Part shown: in pieces, positions 29,010 to 40,179 of the stretch
How positions within the stretch are numbered: the first letter of the stretch is position 1
How the letters are laid out: every line of letters starts with the position of its first letter
Made by a program: the position numbers and the translations under genes
Source: Methanomassiliicoccaceae archaeon
GTDB taxonomy: Archaea > Thermoplasmatota > Thermoplasmata > Methanomassiliicoccales > Methanomassiliicoccaceae
Length of the DNA: 64,000 nucleotides
Reading direction: 5' to 3'
Assembly (NCBI GenBank): GCA_040776945.1
Contig: JAXGZN010000001.1
Coordinates: 1,024,001 to 1,088,000, forward strand
Notes under the pieces: model-generated
Database searches by the model: none
Told to the model about the DNA's origin: nothing
The model's input: only the letters and a program-made list of their open reading frames with translations

Positions 29010-29087
29010 GCGGGTGACAGATTTAAGTTGTCCGGGACCATTAGTGCCCTGTCAGCACGCTCCGCAGCGTCCTTAACAGGTGATACG

Positions 29088-29897
29088 ATGAGCAAGAGGT
29101 TCGGCTTCATAGGCGCCGGCAACATGGCCGAGGCGATGATGAAAGGCATGATATCCGCAGGCGTATGTTCTCCCAGCGAGCTGATCGCCAGCGAGGTCGT
29201 CCCGGAACGTAGGGATTATATCGCCCGCACGCTGGGGATATCGGTCACGGCCGACAACGTAGAGGTGGTCCGGGAGGCCAACAACGTCGTGCTGGCGGTG
29301 AAGCCGAACATCGTTGCCCCGGTGCTCGACGAGCTCAAGCCAATGCTTGGATCCGACCACCTGCTGATATCCATCGCCGCCGGCACAAAGATATCGTTCA
29401 TCGAGGCCCACCTGAACTGGGGGGTTCGTGTGGTAAGGGTCATGCCCAACCAGCCCTGTCTAGTCGGTGCATCGGCATCGGCCTTTGCCCTCGGCCGATC
29501 GGCCAAGAGAGAGGACAAGGACACCGTGCAGAAGGTGCTCGAGTCCGTAGGCGTCGCGTTCGCGATGGAAGAGAAGCTTTTGGACGCGGTCACCGGACTA
29601 TCGGGAAGCGGCCCGGCATACATCTACATGGTGATAGAGGCCCTCGCCGACGGCGGCGTTCTGGCCGGTCTCCCCAGAGATGTTGCGCAAACCCTCGCCG
29701 CGCAGACGGTGTTCGGCGCAGCGAAGACGGTCCTCGACATAAAAGGCCATCCGGCCCAGTTCAAGAACATGGTGGAGTCGCCGGCAGGCACGACCATCGA
29801 GGGCATCAGGGTCCTGGAGGAGGCCGGGGTCCGCGGCGCGTTCATCGATGCGGTGGATGCGGCCGCCAAGCGGTCCATCGAGCTTGGCCGGAGCTAA
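29088..29897 (+). CDS. proC: Pyrroline-5-carboxylate reductase
   Basis: [34 protein letters not shown]. Confidence 0.95.
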   Translation: MSKRFGFIGAGNMAEAMMKGMISAGVCSPSELIASEVVPERRDYIARTLGISVTADNVEVVREANNVVLAVKPNIVAPVLDELKPMLGSDHLLISIAAGTKISFIEAHLNWGVRVVRVMPNQPCLVGASASAFALGRSAKREDKDTVQKVLESVGVAFAMEEKLLDAVTGLSGSGPAYIYMVIEALADGGVLAGLPRDVAQTLAAQTVFGAAKTVLDIKGHPAQFKNMVESPAGTTIEGIRVLEEAGVRGAFIDAVDAAAKRSIELGRS

Positions 29898-31621
29898 CCG
29901 GAGCGAGGCTTGCGGCGGAACATGAGGGCATACATCGCCCTGGGTATGCTCCGGAACACGCTGGGCGAGTCCCATTCGAGGTCCCGCTTCTGACAGATGG
30001 TCGATTCCATGAGATCCTCGCCCCTCTGCTTTAGCCGGGCAAGGGTCTCCTCCCTCGATGCCGCGTCCTGCAGCCGCATGGCGCTTTCAACTTCCTTCAT
30101 AAGCTGGCGGGCGTCCTTGGACCTTGCTTCCCGGAGCCTCTTCTCCTCGACCGTCATAAGCCCGACCTCGACCCTGACATCGTTGAGGCGGTCCGCTGCG
30201 TCATAGGACGCCTGGACGATCTGGTCACGGCTAAGGTTAAAGGTCTCATATGACAGCACATCGCGCCAGTTGGGGCTCTCCAGCCTGGAACGGTGCTCTT
30301 CAAGTGTGCGAGCGAAGAGGCGGTAGCCGAACCGCTCAGGGCTCTCGAAGGCCATGCTGCCCGGGTCCAGGAAGGGCGCCAGGGGCGATGTGTACACCAG
30401 AAGGCGCTTGTCGTTGTTGTTCTGAGAATACAGCTTCCGGGTGTATTCCGCCGACCCGATCGCCGAGCCCGAGGTCTGCTCAGGAAGGCCGATCATGAAG
30501 AACATATCGAACCGCTGGCAATCGTTCGATAGCGCGGCGGTGATGCTCTTTTCCATGGAGGTGTTGTCGAACCTGCGCCCCAGCGCATAGCGGACCTTCT
30601 CCTCGTGCGAGTCAGGCGAGAACTGAATGGAATATCGGTGGAACGTCCTCTTCGCTTCCTCGAAGAACGAGGGGGGCGCGGGGGTGAACAGCTCTAGGAC
30701 CACGTTGCCGTCCACTCCGAGCTCGCGGCACCGGCGGAAGAACCGTTCCGCATAGTCGTCCCCTTTCTGCCTGACGTCGCCGACCACGAAGACCGGCGCA
30801 TCGATGTACGCCTGTACATCCGCGATGTCTTGGGCCACCTTCTCCGGGCTGCGGAACGCCGGTCGAGAACGGCCGAGGACCCGACCCATCGCCCCGCAGC
30901 TGCCGCCGCACACCGCGCAGCACTGGCTGCAGCCGCGTACGGTGAACACGGCGGTAAGGGGATATCGGTCCCAGTCCTTGAAGGGCTTCGCCCCCTTGAG
31001 GTCCCGGTGCCGGATGACCGACCTGATTATCCACCCATAATCGATCTCCAGGTGATCGAGGTCCTCAGGCACGTGAGCCATGGGGTTCACGATGGTCCGC
31101 CCGTCCCTCTTCCAGGTCAGGTTGGGGACCTTCGAGAGATCATCGCCCTTCTCCAAGGCGGCCATCAGCACCGCCAGCGGCTCCTCGCAGGAATCGCCCC
31201 GCAGGACCATGTCCGCCTGTGGATAGTTGATCAGTTCCTCTTGGAAGTAGGAAGAGGAGAAACCTCCGAACAGCACCTTGGAATCAGGGTGCAGCCGCTT
31301 CACCATCTCCGCGATGGCCAGGGCGCCATGGGCATGCGGAAGCCAATGAAGGTCGATGCCGAAGACGTTTGAGCGCAGCCTGCCGATGAGGGCCTCCACG
31401 TCCAGCCTGCGGTCGTTCAGCATCATGCTCGCGAGGTTGATTATCCGGACCCTGTATCCGTCGCGGTCCAACCGATTGGCCATGGTGGTGAACCCAAAGG
31501 GATACATCTCGAAGACCGGGGTGGACGGCACCAGATCGCTTACCGGTCCGTAGAAGATGGAGCGCTTCCTGAAATCATAGACGCTGGGAGCGTGCAAGAA
31601 GATGATGTCTTCCTTGTGCAT
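29894..31621 (-). CDS. B12-binding radical SAM protein (TIGR04190/Ta0216-like)
   Basis: [47 protein letters not shown]. Confidence 0.85.
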   Translation of the reverse strand: MHKEDIIFLHAPSVYDFRKRSIFYGPVSDLVPSTPVFEMYPFGFTTMANRLDRDGYRVRIINLASMMLNDRRLDVEALIGRLRSNVFGIDLHWLPHAHGALAIAEMVKRLHPDSKVLFGGFSSSYFQEELINYPQADMVLRGDSCEEPLAVLMAALEKGDDLSKVPNLTWKRDGRTIVNPMAHVPEDLDHLEIDYGWIIRSVIRHRDLKGAKPFKDWDRYPLTAVFTVRGCSQCCAVCGGSCGAMGRVLGRSRPAFRSPEKVAQDIADVQAYIDAPVFVVGDVRQKGDDYAERFFRRCRELGVDGNVVLELFTPAPPSFFEEAKRTFHRYSIQFSPDSHEEKVRYALGRRFDNTSMEKSITAALSNDCQRFDMFFMIGLPEQTSGSAIGSAEYTRKLYSQNNNDKRLLVYTSPLAPFLDPGSMAFESPERFGYRLFARTLEEHRSRLESPNWRDVLSYETFNLSRDQIVQASYDAADRLNDVRVEVGLMTVEEKRLREARSKDARQLMKEVESAMRLQDAASREETLARLKQRGEDLMESTICQKRDLEWDSPSVFRSIPRAMYALMFRRKPRSG

Positions 31622-31672
31622 GCGGTCACCTCATGGCCCTACCGGCTAAGGTCGGTCGCTACAAATAGGTTG

Positions 31673-32488
31673 TCATTTCCCGAACCTTCGCTGCCGGAGC
31701 TGGTACGAGCGTATGGCGCGCAGGAAGTCGATCTTCCTGAAGCCTGGCCAATATACGTCGGTGAAGTATAGCTCGGCATAGGCCAGCTGCCATAGCAGGA
31801 AATTGGAGATCCGCTCCTCCCCGGACGTTCTAAGTATTAGATCGGGGTCGGGGAAGTCTGCGGTGTACAGGTAGTTGGAGAAGGTCCGCTCATCTATATC
31901 GCCCACCTCCAGCTGGCCGTCCTTGACCTTCTGGGCGATCTGTTTGATAGCCTGGATTATCTCCTGACGGGAGCCGTAGGCGGTGGCGATGTTATAATAA
32001 TAACTGGAATAGCCAGCGGTCCTCTTCTCGGCGTAGTCGATGGCCTCCTTGACGCTCTCAGGCAGCAGGTCCTTCTGTCCCAGCACGGTGACCTTGATCT
32101 TATGGCGGTGGACGCGCTCGTCGTCCCCCAGGCGATAGAAGTTCTCCTCGAACAGCCTCATCAGGCTCTCGACCTCATCGGTGTCCCGCTTAAGGTTCTC
32201 GGTGGAGAACGCATACACCGTGAGCACCTTGATCCCAAGTTCCATGCACCAGTCCAAGAGCTCCTCCAGTTTGTCCTTTCCCTTGGCGTGCCCCTCGGCG
32301 GCGGTAAGCCCGAACTCCTTGGCGAAGCGCCGGTTGCCATCCATGATCACCGCCACATGGTTGGGCATCTTGCTCTCCCGGACCTCCTTCATCAGGCGCT
32401 TCTCATATGTATTATAGGCGGTGCTGGCTATGACCCTGGATATCTCGTTCTTTATCGCCTTGCCCTCTTCCCCGTTGTCTTCGGACAT
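31673..32488 (-). CDS. uppS: cis-polyprenyl (undecaprenyl-type) diphosphate synthase
   Basis: IMDGNRR, YAFSTEN, RTSGEERISNFLLWQ, RRFG. Confidence 0.95.
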   Translation of the reverse strand: MSEDNGEEGKAIKNEISRVIASTAYNTYEKRLMKEVRESKMPNHVAVIMDGNRRFAKEFGLTAAEGHAKGKDKLEELLDWCMELGIKVLTVYAFSTENLKRDTDEVESLMRLFEENFYRLGDDERVHRHKIKVTVLGQKDLLPESVKEAIDYAEKRTAGYSSYYYNIATAYGSRQEIIQAIKQIAQKVKDGQLEVGDIDERTFSNYLYTADFPDPDLILRTSGEERISNFLLWQLAYAELYFTDVYWPGFRKIDFLRAIRSYQLRQRRFGK

Positions 32489-32510
32489 GACGTTACCAGA
32501 AGCCCTATGG

Positions 32511-33464
32511 TTATCGAAGTTCGTCCTCGGGCAGCGCGGCCGCTTCAAGGCCTAGGTCGAAGCACCCTATTCCCGCGACCGCGCCGATTGTGCCGCGCTT
32601 TCCTGTGACCTCGATCAGTTGCACGCCGTTGCGCTCCGCCACTTCCCTTGCATCTGCGATCTTGAAGATCTCTTTCTTGGCCCTTCTGCCGTAATCGGTG
32701 ACCTCCGCGGGCACCCTGAGGCCCTGGAAGACCGCCAGGGTGGTGTTATCGCTGTATGTATGCTCTTTGATGAACTTAACAACCTGCTCCGTGAGCTTGG
32801 GAACATCGCTCTCCGCGACGGCAAAGGAGACGCCCACCGCGACGCAGTTGGTGGTCTTCTCCGGAACGTTGGGGTTCAGCTGCACGATCTTATGCTCCAG
32901 ATAGTGGCCGCACTTGATCTCGCGGGCCATCTGCAACATCAGGACCCAGGAGGCCCCCTTCTCCTTGGTGTCCGTATCGTCCACGGCATAGATGACCCGT
33001 ACCAGCTTGGGGGTCACCACGCTCACTTCCACGCGGTGAGCGCCCCCGATCTTGGCATCATCGGCATACACGGCCTCGATGGTCCCGGGGCCTTGAGGCA
33101 TGCACGCCCCTATACCCACACTGGCCCCTGCCAGTCCGACCCAGGTCGTTATCACGCGATCGCCGTCCACCCTCAGAGCCTTGAGCCCCTGCCCGCCCAC
33201 GTCCTTGGACGCCGGGCCGAAGCTGACCTCCCGTTCCCCGATAATGGCTTCCATGATCAGGGTAGTGCCCTCAACTCGGACATCGGTAATCGCACCGCCG
33301 GCCCTCCGGCGGTTGGCCGCATCCCACTCCACCGGCCCCTTGGCGATGCACTCCTCTATGATGGTGGCCACTCCGTTCTTCTCATCAACCAGGGTATAGA
33401 TGCCCTTGCAGAACAACTTTCCATACTTGCTGGTTATCTGGTCTGGTGTCAACACAACGGACAT
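32511..33464 (-). CDS. Methanogenesis marker protein 11 (TiaS-related)
   Basis: EWDAANRRRAGG, GLAGASVG, DDTDTKEKGASW, VQLNPNVPEKTTNC; start set at ATG 33464 behind a TATA-like site. Confidence 0.8.
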   Translation of the reverse strand: MSVVLTPDQITSKYGKLFCKGIYTLVDEKNGVATIIEECIAKGPVEWDAANRRRAGGAITDVRVEGTTLIMEAIIGEREVSFGPASKDVGGQGLKALRVDGDRVITTWVGLAGASVGIGACMPQGPGTIEAVYADDAKIGGAHRVEVSVVTPKLVRVIYAVDDTDTKEKGASWVLMLQMAREIKCGHYLEHKIVQLNPNVPEKTTNCVAVGVSFAVAESDVPKLTEQVVKFIKEHTYSDNTTLAVFQGLRVPAEVTDYGRRAKKEIFKIADAREVAERNGVQLIEVTGKRGTIGAVAGIGCFDLGLEAAALPEDELR

Positions 33465-33553
33465 GAGGACATGCTCTCCAGGGTAACGGCCTTTAATACT
33501 GATTTCTGTAAAAAGACTTTCCGTAGCCGCAGGGCCTACCGCCTCTGCCATGT

Positions 33554-34396
33554 TCAATGGTCCAGGAACCCGACGTTCCTGGTCTGGAGATCGCTAAGGT
33601 CCAGCAGTCTCGGCCGCCCCATCCTATCACGGAACAACATGTGGCGGCCCTTGATGCCCATCACCTCGCCTCGATGCGCTCCGGGGGTCGGAACGGATAG
33701 AGGCGGTGACCTAGGCAGCTCCCTCACCGGATATCGGTCCAGGAATATGATCTCCGCCTTGGCCGGCTCTTTCCACCTTGAGATGCGCTCCAGATAGTGC
33801 TCGTGAACGTGCCTGATGGCCTCCGCGGAGGGTTTCCCCGTCCAGGCCTTCGTGAACCTGGCGGCCCTGATCTCCTGAGGGATCTTATATCTCCTGGAGG
33901 TCTCCTTCTCCAGGGTCCTCGCCTCCTTTCGGTCCTGGCACTCGAACAGCGGCCGGACGGCGTCCGCCCCCTGCTCTATCGCCCTCTCCTTGAGCCTGGA
34001 TGCGCTGGTCATGCCCACCTTGATCAAGTTGCCGAAGGAGGCGAGGTACACCACGTGCCTTCGGGAGCAGAACTCCGGCCGATCGCAAAGACCGCCGTCG
34101 CACCGGGGCTCGAACACACAGCCGAGGACCGGTATCCACGGCTCCGCGCAGGCCTGGCAGGTCTCGAACCTTCCTACCGCCCTCTGCGCCGGGCAGGGCT
34201 GATATCCATGCTCGCTGAAACGGCCGACGCAGGTCCGCCCCTCGCCCACCGCCAGGGCGAGGCGGTCCAACGGTAGCTCGTCCACCTTGCGCGCCGTACG
34301 GTCATAGAGCAGCAGATGGGGATCGAAACCATCCCAATGAAAGGACAGGACGTGCTTGTCCAGCGTGACCTCGGCCTTCCGGTCGGAGCGCTCCAT
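33554..34396 (-). CDS. DUF2797-like protein
   Basis: Cys-rich N-terminal half, HVVYLASFG..IKVGMT...RAIEQGA, GIKG. Confidence 0.75.
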   Translation of the reverse strand: MERSDRKAEVTLDKHVLSFHWDGFDPHLLLYDRTARKVDELPLDRLALAVGEGRTCVGRFSEHGYQPCPAQRAVGRFETCQACAEPWIPVLGCVFEPRCDGGLCDRPEFCSRRHVVYLASFGNLIKVGMTSASRLKERAIEQGADAVRPLFECQDRKEARTLEKETSRRYKIPQEIRAARFTKAWTGKPSAEAIRHVHEHYLERISRWKEPAKAEIIFLDRYPVRELPRSPPLSVPTPGAHRGEVMGIKGRHMLFRDRMGRPRLLDLSDLQTRNVGFLDH

Positions 34397-34442
34397 GCAC
34401 AAGGAGTGAGCGTGAACGATAATCAGATTTTCGGTAGGAGGT

Positions 34443-35108
34443 TCAGCTCTCTGCCTCGTTCATCTCCTCTTCCTCCGCGCGGTGAAGGAACTCTGCGGGA
34501 ACCTCTCGTACCAAGTAAACTGTACGTGCCGCACGTTGGACCTCCACCCCTGAAGCGATAAGGCTGGCCGTATCGATCTCCAGTATTATTGGCTCCTCCG
34601 TCCGCACCTGCCCAGCCTTGACCGCGTCGGCATAGGTCTTAGACAGATGCACCATTTTGCGGTCCGAGGGCTTGAGGCCGGTCTCCAGGATGATGTCCGC
34701 CTCCTCTGGCGTCGTAGGATAGAAAAGGGCCCTTGGGATGTTGTCCGTCGGCAATCTGAGGTCAAGGTTCAGCGAGTGCCCGTACGTCGCTCGGATCAGG
34801 TCGTTGCTCACCTGATATCTGCCCTTGGGGTCGGTCTCGATGAGGGCGATGATGTGGTGGGGCCGCAACCAATGATACCTAGGATTGTACTTCTTTACCG
34901 CGGCGATGAAGTCACGGAGTGGGACGAAGCCCTGGTCGTCCATTCTAAGGCTGAACTTGTCAGGGAAATGGCGTAGAGCTCCGGCCATGGTCCTCCCGAT
35001 GCGCTCCAGCTCCTCATCGCTCATCAGGAACCTGCCTTCCTCGCCGCAAACCGGGCATCTCTCACCCCGGAAGTAGCCATGCTCAGTGCACTCTCTCAGC
35101 ATCTTCAT
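34443..35108 (-). CDS. kptA: RNA 2'-phosphotransferase (Tpt1/KptA) with N-terminal Zn ribbon
   Basis: CTEHG...CPVC, ALRH, KGRY, IRATYGHS, VHLS. Confidence 0.9.
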   Translation of the reverse strand: MKMLRECTEHGYFRGERCPVCGEEGRFLMSDEELERIGRTMAGALRHFPDKFSLRMDDQGFVPLRDFIAAVKKYNPRYHWLRPHHIIALIETDPKGRYQVSNDLIRATYGHSLNLDLRLPTDNIPRALFYPTTPEEADIILETGLKPSDRKMVHLSKTYADAVKAGQVRTEEPIILEIDTASLIASGVEVQRAARTVYLVREVPAEFLHRAEEEEMNEAES

Positions 35109-35211
35109 GGGGTATGAACGAGAATTGTTAATAGTTTTGCATGGACCGAACGAGCTGAACCATATCGGCGGAAAAATAATCTTCTAATATTATTATAAAT
35201 GACTACGAAAA

Positions 35212-35229
35212 TATATAGAAATCTATATA
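35212..35229. promoter_or_regulatory. Perfect inverted repeat in divergent promoter region
   Basis: TATATAGA-AA-TCTATATA. Confidence 0.45.
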
Positions 35230-35254
35230 CGGGTCCTGTTATCAAGCATGTACG

Positions 35255-35869
35255 ATGTTCGGGTCAGAGACCGTTCCATCTAGCGCCCCGCTTAGAAGCG
35301 GCGGGAATGCATCTGGACACATAAGAGCGTTGCCATCCCAGCTGATACGTTGGTTGTCGGTGGACCGCGCGACCATGGGCCGGGCCTTCCGGGGGAACAG
35401 GCCATCGGACCGCTCCATGCGTCCAGGCAGCGTGCAGGTGATGCTTCCCTCTTCGCCGCTCGTTCCTGACAGCTTGTTCACAGCAAGCATGGGGCCGCTT
35501 CCCCGCGAGGACATCATCGGAGAGTTCACCGACCTCTTTCGAGACGCTTGCCGGAGGAAGGACCCTGAAGTGAGGTCGGAGTCTGCACTGTGGTTCTACT
35601 CCGATCCGCGCAATTTCGACCAGTCGTCCATCGGAGGCATCGTCCCTTCGGCCGTCTCCCCCAGGACCAGCAGGGTGTCAGCAGGTTCGCTGGTCATATT
35701 GGGCGGGCCTCCAGAGATCCAAGGCCTGCAGGTCTTCGGGACCATCGAGGTCCTGGGCCCCGGCGATGAGGTATACGAGTTCCTCTTGCAGGCGGAAAGA
35801 CTTTTTATGAAGGACGAGGCCACCGCTCGTTGCTCCCCCGGCAGCGCTTTACTGTTCCGCGTAGGTTGA
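35255..35869 (+). CDS. Hypothetical protein, possibly a degenerate FMN-binding split-barrel
   Basis: 204-aa ORF behind an AT-rich promoter; weak resemblance only in the C-terminal GLQVFGTIEVL...EVYEFL. Confidence 0.4.
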   Translation: MFGSETVPSSAPLRSGGNASGHIRALPSQLIRWLSVDRATMGRAFRGNRPSDRSMRPGSVQVMLPSSPLVPDSLFTASMGPLPREDIIGEFTDLFRDACRRKDPEVRSESALWFYSDPRNFDQSSIGGIVPSAVSPRTSRVSAGSLVILGGPPEIQGLQVFGTIEVLGPGDEVYEFLLQAERLFMKDEATARCSPGSALLFRVG

Positions 35870-35908
35870 ACACGAACGCCGGAGGAAGGCTCGAGGCCGG
35901 TCATGGGG

Positions 35909-36799
35909 TCAGCGCTCGATCCCGGCGGCGCGGCAGGCCGCCGTGACGGTGTTCTTCATCAACATCACTATGGTCATCGGACCAACGCCCCCCGGCACCG
36001 GAGTTATCGCGGAGGCCTTGACCGATACCGCATCGAAGTCCACGTCCCCGACCCACCGATAACCTCTCTTGGCCGAGGGATCGTCCACCCTGTTGGTTCC
36101 GACGTCGATGACCACTGCCCCCTCCTTGATCATGTCCGCGGTGATGAACCCCGGGGACCCGATGGCAGCCACGACAATGTCCCCTGTACGCACGATATCG
36201 GCCAACCCTCGAGTGCGGGAATGGCACACCGTGACCGTGGCGTTCGCGCCCTTCTTCTTCTGCATGAGGATGGCCGCAAGGGGCTTTCCCACTATGTTGC
36301 TGCGGCCGACTATGACCACGTGCTTCCCATCGGGATCGTTCCCGGAGCGCAGCAGCATCTCCTGGATGCCGCTCGGTGTGGCCGGCAGGAACACTGGATC
36401 GCCTATGAGCATCCTGCCAACGTTGATGGGGTGGAACCCATCGGCATCCTTTGACGGGTCGATGCGCATGATCACCTTGTTCTCGTCGATATGTTTCGGG
36501 AGAGGCAGCTGAACCAGGAAGCCGTGGATAGCAGGGTCCGAGTTCAGTTCGTCCACCGCGTTAAGCACATCGGCCTCGGAGGCATCGTCCGGCAGAAGGA
36601 CCGTGCGGGAGTGGAGGCCGAGCTCCTGACAAGCCTTGACCTTGTTGCGCACATACTGCTGCGAGGCCGGGTCCTCCCCCGCCAGCACCACTGCCAGCCC
36701 GGGGACGGTCCCCCTCTCCTTAAGTTGTGCGATCTTGACCCTGAGCTCCTGCCTTATCTGTTCCGCGACCTCTGGACCGTGTATGACCTTCGCAGCCAT
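35909..36799 (-). CDS. folD: Methylene-THF dehydrogenase/methenyl-THF cyclohydrolase
   Basis: YVRNK, VQLPLP, KDADGFHP, GRSNIVGKP, TPVPGGVGPMT. Confidence 0.96.
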   Translation of the reverse strand: MAAKVIHGPEVAEQIRQELRVKIAQLKERGTVPGLAVVLAGEDPASQQYVRNKVKACQELGLHSRTVLLPDDASEADVLNAVDELNSDPAIHGFLVQLPLPKHIDENKVIMRIDPSKDADGFHPINVGRMLIGDPVFLPATPSGIQEMLLRSGNDPDGKHVVIVGRSNIVGKPLAAILMQKKKGANATVTVCHSRTRGLADIVRTGDIVVAAIGSPGFITADMIKEGAVVIDVGTNRVDDPSAKRGYRWVGDVDFDAVSVKASAITPVPGGVGPMTIVMLMKNTVTAACRAAGIER

Positions 36800-37456
36800 T
36801 TGCCAAACCTTCTCGGAGTAGTGGTGAGAGGGGCTATAACCTTGGCGATGACCGGCGGTCTTTTGGCCGGCCGATCCCTTGCCATTCCGAGACTTGGGGC
36901 GGTGCATCGCCGAGGTTTCGGCAAGGACTTGGAAGAGCAATACCTATGCCGCCCGCATTGAGGGACCATATCGCGGGGACGCCTCTCCCCATCACCGGCC
37001 CGGCCAAATTAGGTTCAAAAGATCGATCGGACGCTGGCGGTGGTTGCCATGGAGAACATCACCGTCATCGTGCGGCCCACGCCGCTCCGTCGCTTTCCGC
37101 CCGCCCGGCGGTCGACAATCCCAGTGCGAACATGATCGACCCCGCGATCGCCGAGAGGAACGAGAACATCGTCGCTGCAGGAATGCGGGTCGATGCGCAC
37201 TATACAGAAGGCCGGTTCGATCGGGGCGCTGGTCACAGCGTCCCAGGGGGCATCATTGTCACTTTCTCCTATGGGAGCGCCGATCGAGCGCTCAGCGACA
37301 ATGACCTGGCCATCGATCGATCTTTACCCGGACCGGTGGAACAGTGCCGGTAAGAGGCCCGGCCCGCATGGGGCCTGGATGGGGCAAGGACCGCCAAGAC
37401 CTCTACGGCCGCTCCCACGTCCCGAACGGTTTTTAAGTCTCCCTTGACTTCCCCCG

Positions 37457-39148
37457 ATGACCAAGATGAAGGCCGACATCGATATTGCCCAGGAGGCCAT
37501 CGTGCGCCCGATAGAGGAGGTGGCCGCCGCCATGGGTCTGTCCAGGGACGACCTGGAGCTGCACGGACGTTACATGGCCAAGGTCCCGCTTTCCGTCCTG
37601 CGCCGAATGGACGACCGCGAGGACGGGAAGCTTGTCCTGGTGACCGCGATCACCGCGACCAAGGCCGGGGAGGGGAAGACCGTCACCTCCATCGGCCTCA
37701 TGGAGGCGCTGGGACACATCGGCGTGAAGGTGATGGGCGCTCTGCGGGAACCGTCCATGGGTCCGGTGTTCGGCATCAAGGGCGGCGCCACCGGGGGAGG
37801 TCTGGCGCAGGTCTACCCCATGTGGGACATCGACCTGCACTTCACCGGGGACATCCATGCCGTGACCTCCGCCCACAACCTGCTCTCGGCCATGGTGGAG
37901 AACCATATAGCCCACCGCAACGAGCTGGAGATCGACCCGACCAGGGTGGTATGGAAGAAGGCGATCGACATGAACTGCCGCGAGCTGAGGGACATCGTGG
38001 TGGGCCTAGGCGGACGCACTGTGGGAGGGGTTCCGCGAGAGAGCGGGTTCTTGATCACCGCGGCATCCGAGATCAGCGCCATCCTTGCATTGGCCACCTC
38101 CATGGACGACCTGAGGTCGCGGCTTGGACGCATGGTCGTCGCGTACAACGTCCGGGGAGAGCCGGTCCGCGCCTCGCAGCTGGAATGCGTCGGCGCGATG
38201 CTGGTGCTGCTGAAGGATGCCATCAAACCCAATCTGGTGCAAACGCTGGAAGGCCAGCCCGTGTTCGTGCACGGCTTCCCATTCGCCAATATAGCTCACG
38301 GCAGCAACAGCCTGCTGGCCACTAGGTACGCGCTGAAGATGGCTGACGTGGTGGTCACCGAGGGAGGCTTCGCCTCCGACCTGGGGGCGGAGAAGTTCTT
38401 CGACATCGTTTGCCGACAGGCGGGTTTCAGGCCGGACTGCGCGGTCATTGTGGCGTCGATAAGGGCGCTGGCGATGCACGGGGGGGCGTGCCTGGACGAT
38501 GCCGTCACCTGTGAAGGAGCGGACCTGGCCTCCCTGCAGAAAGGCTTCGCCAACCTGGACAAGCACATAGAGAACATCCGCAAGTATGGCGTGCCTGCGG
38601 TGGTCGCCCTCAACCGATTCACCACAGATGCCGAGGAAGAGATAGAGGCGGTCCGCGAGCATTGCGCAGAGCTTGGGGTGCCCTGCGCCGTCTCTGAGGT
38701 CTATTCGCTGGGAGGCAAAGGAGGAAGGGACCTGGCCGAGACGGTCATGCGCGTCCTGGGAACACAGCGCAGCGACTTTCGCCCGCTCTACGATACCGCC
38801 CTGAGCATCGAGGAGAAGATACGCCTCATCGCCACCGAGATCTACGGGGCCAAGGACGTGAGGTACGTCGGCACCGCCAAGAGGGACATTAGAGCGATCG
38901 AGCTTGCCGGGAACAACAAGCTGCCGATATGCATGGCCAAGACCCAGCTTTCCATCACCGACGATCCGAAGCTGAAGGGCGCTCCCCGGGGGTGGACCCT
39001 CACGGTGAAGGAGGTCATAGTGGCCGCCGGGGCAGGGTTCGTGATCCCCCTATGCGGGGACATCATGCTCATTCCCGGACTGCCGTCGGAACCGTCGGCC
39101 AAGCGGATCGACCACACCGATGATGGGCGTATCGTCGGGCTGAGCTGA
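37457..39148 (+). CDS. fhs: Formate--tetrahydrofolate ligase
   Basis: AGEGKT, LREPSMGPVFGIKGGATGGG, LHFTGDIHA, PFANIAHG, CMAKTQ. Confidence 0.96.
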   Translation: MTKMKADIDIAQEAIVRPIEEVAAAMGLSRDDLELHGRYMAKVPLSVLRRMDDREDGKLVLVTAITATKAGEGKTVTSIGLMEALGHIGVKVMGALREPSMGPVFGIKGGATGGGLAQVYPMWDIDLHFTGDIHAVTSAHNLLSAMVENHIAHRNELEIDPTRVVWKKAIDMNCRELRDIVVGLGGRTVGGVPRESGFLITAASEISAILALATSMDDLRSRLGRMVVAYNVRGEPVRASQLECVGAMLVLLKDAIKPNLVQTLEGQPVFVHGFPFANIAHGSNSLLATRYALKMADVVVTEGGFASDLGAEKFFDIVCRQAGFRPDCAVIVASIRALAMHGGACLDDAVTCEGADLASLQKGFANLDKHIENIRKYGVPAVVALNRFTTDAEEEIEAVREHCAELGVPCAVSEVYSLGGKGGRDLAETVMRVLGTQRSDFRPLYDTALSIEEKIRLIATEIYGAKDVRYVGTAKRDIRAIELAGNNKLPICMAKTQLSITDDPKLKGAPRGWTLTVKEVIVAAGAGFVIPLCGDIMLIPGLPSEPSAKRIDHTDDGRIVGLS

Positions 39149-39243
39149 TCGCCGCTCGGCGCCCATGGCCCCGCCTTCGCGTGGACAACGGCGTGCGGTA
39201 GTCGCGAAGGGACATGCGCCAATCTGTGGCGGCTAGGTCTCAG

Positions 39244-40074
39244 CTAAGGCTTCCCCTCGCCCACATGGCAAGAGCTCAGGTACTCGCTCACGGTCATGAA
39301 CCTATGGCCCATGCACAGCGCCTTCTGCAGCACCTTCCTCACGTTCTCGATCTCCCTCTCGGCGCGGTCCCTGCTCAGTTCCCCTCCAAGCGACTCGGCG
39401 ATATGCCAGCTGTGGTCCGCAAGGACCAGAAGCCCCTCGCTGTGAGCCGACAGCAAGCGATCGTAGTCCTCTGGGGATCTCCGGCCCTCGTGCAGAGGCC
39501 ACAGATAGGATTGGAGAAAGCGCCCCCGAGGGTCCCGGCACTGAGCCAGCGGCACCTCCAGGAGGTTCCCCGCAAGGCGGTAGGGACGAAGCCCCTCGCC
39601 GATCTCGCCGAAAAGGGTGGAATCGTACCTCAGGCCGCGTCGCATGAGCACTCTGGACACGCCCTCATCGATGTGCAGGTACGGGCAACGGAAACCTTCA
39701 GGACGCGTGCCGAAAACTGCTTCCAGGGAGGAAAGGGACCGACCTACGATGGCATCGGCCCATTCTTCGGATGGTCGGAAACCGGTGGCATGGCCAGTCA
39801 GGTCCTCATGGTCATATCCGTGCGCTGCCACCTCATGACCGCGCATCAGCTCCTTCAGGTCGTGATCCGCGGAAAGCACTTCGGCGGCCCTGCCTTCCCA
39901 GAAGAAGGTCGCCTTGATGTCCAGGTCACCAAGCAGACGGACCAGCCGCTCCAGCCCGTCCATCGTCGACGAGAACCTGAGGCCGTCCGCACCGCGGCAG
40001 CGGCCTTCCACATGGCCGGCCCGAGGCTCGTTCACGTCCCGGTCGACGTCCACGGTGAACGAGGCAAAGCTCAT
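39244..40074 (-). CDS. Polysaccharide deacetylase family protein
   Basis: FTVDVD, KATFF, HEVAAHGYDH, GFRCPY, YDST. Confidence 0.85.
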   Translation of the reverse strand: MSFASFTVDVDRDVNEPRAGHVEGRCRGADGLRFSSTMDGLERLVRLLGDLDIKATFFWEGRAAEVLSADHDLKELMRGHEVAAHGYDHEDLTGHATGFRPSEEWADAIVGRSLSSLEAVFGTRPEGFRCPYLHIDEGVSRVLMRRGLRYDSTLFGEIGEGLRPYRLAGNLLEVPLAQCRDPRGRFLQSYLWPLHEGRRSPEDYDRLLSAHSEGLLVLADHSWHIAESLGGELSRDRAEREIENVRKVLQKALCMGHRFMTVSEYLSSCHVGEGKP

Positions 40075-40179
40075 GCCGATGCATGGATGCAATGTCTATT
40101 AACAGTTATACTCGACGAACAATCACCATTTTTAAATAGGCAAAACAGATGAGAAAGGCCAGACTCGCCAGGTGAGACA

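Noticed and set aside
36946-37353. ORF between folD and fhs
   Set aside because: No family motif and several equally weak overlapping frames; at most a decayed remnant.
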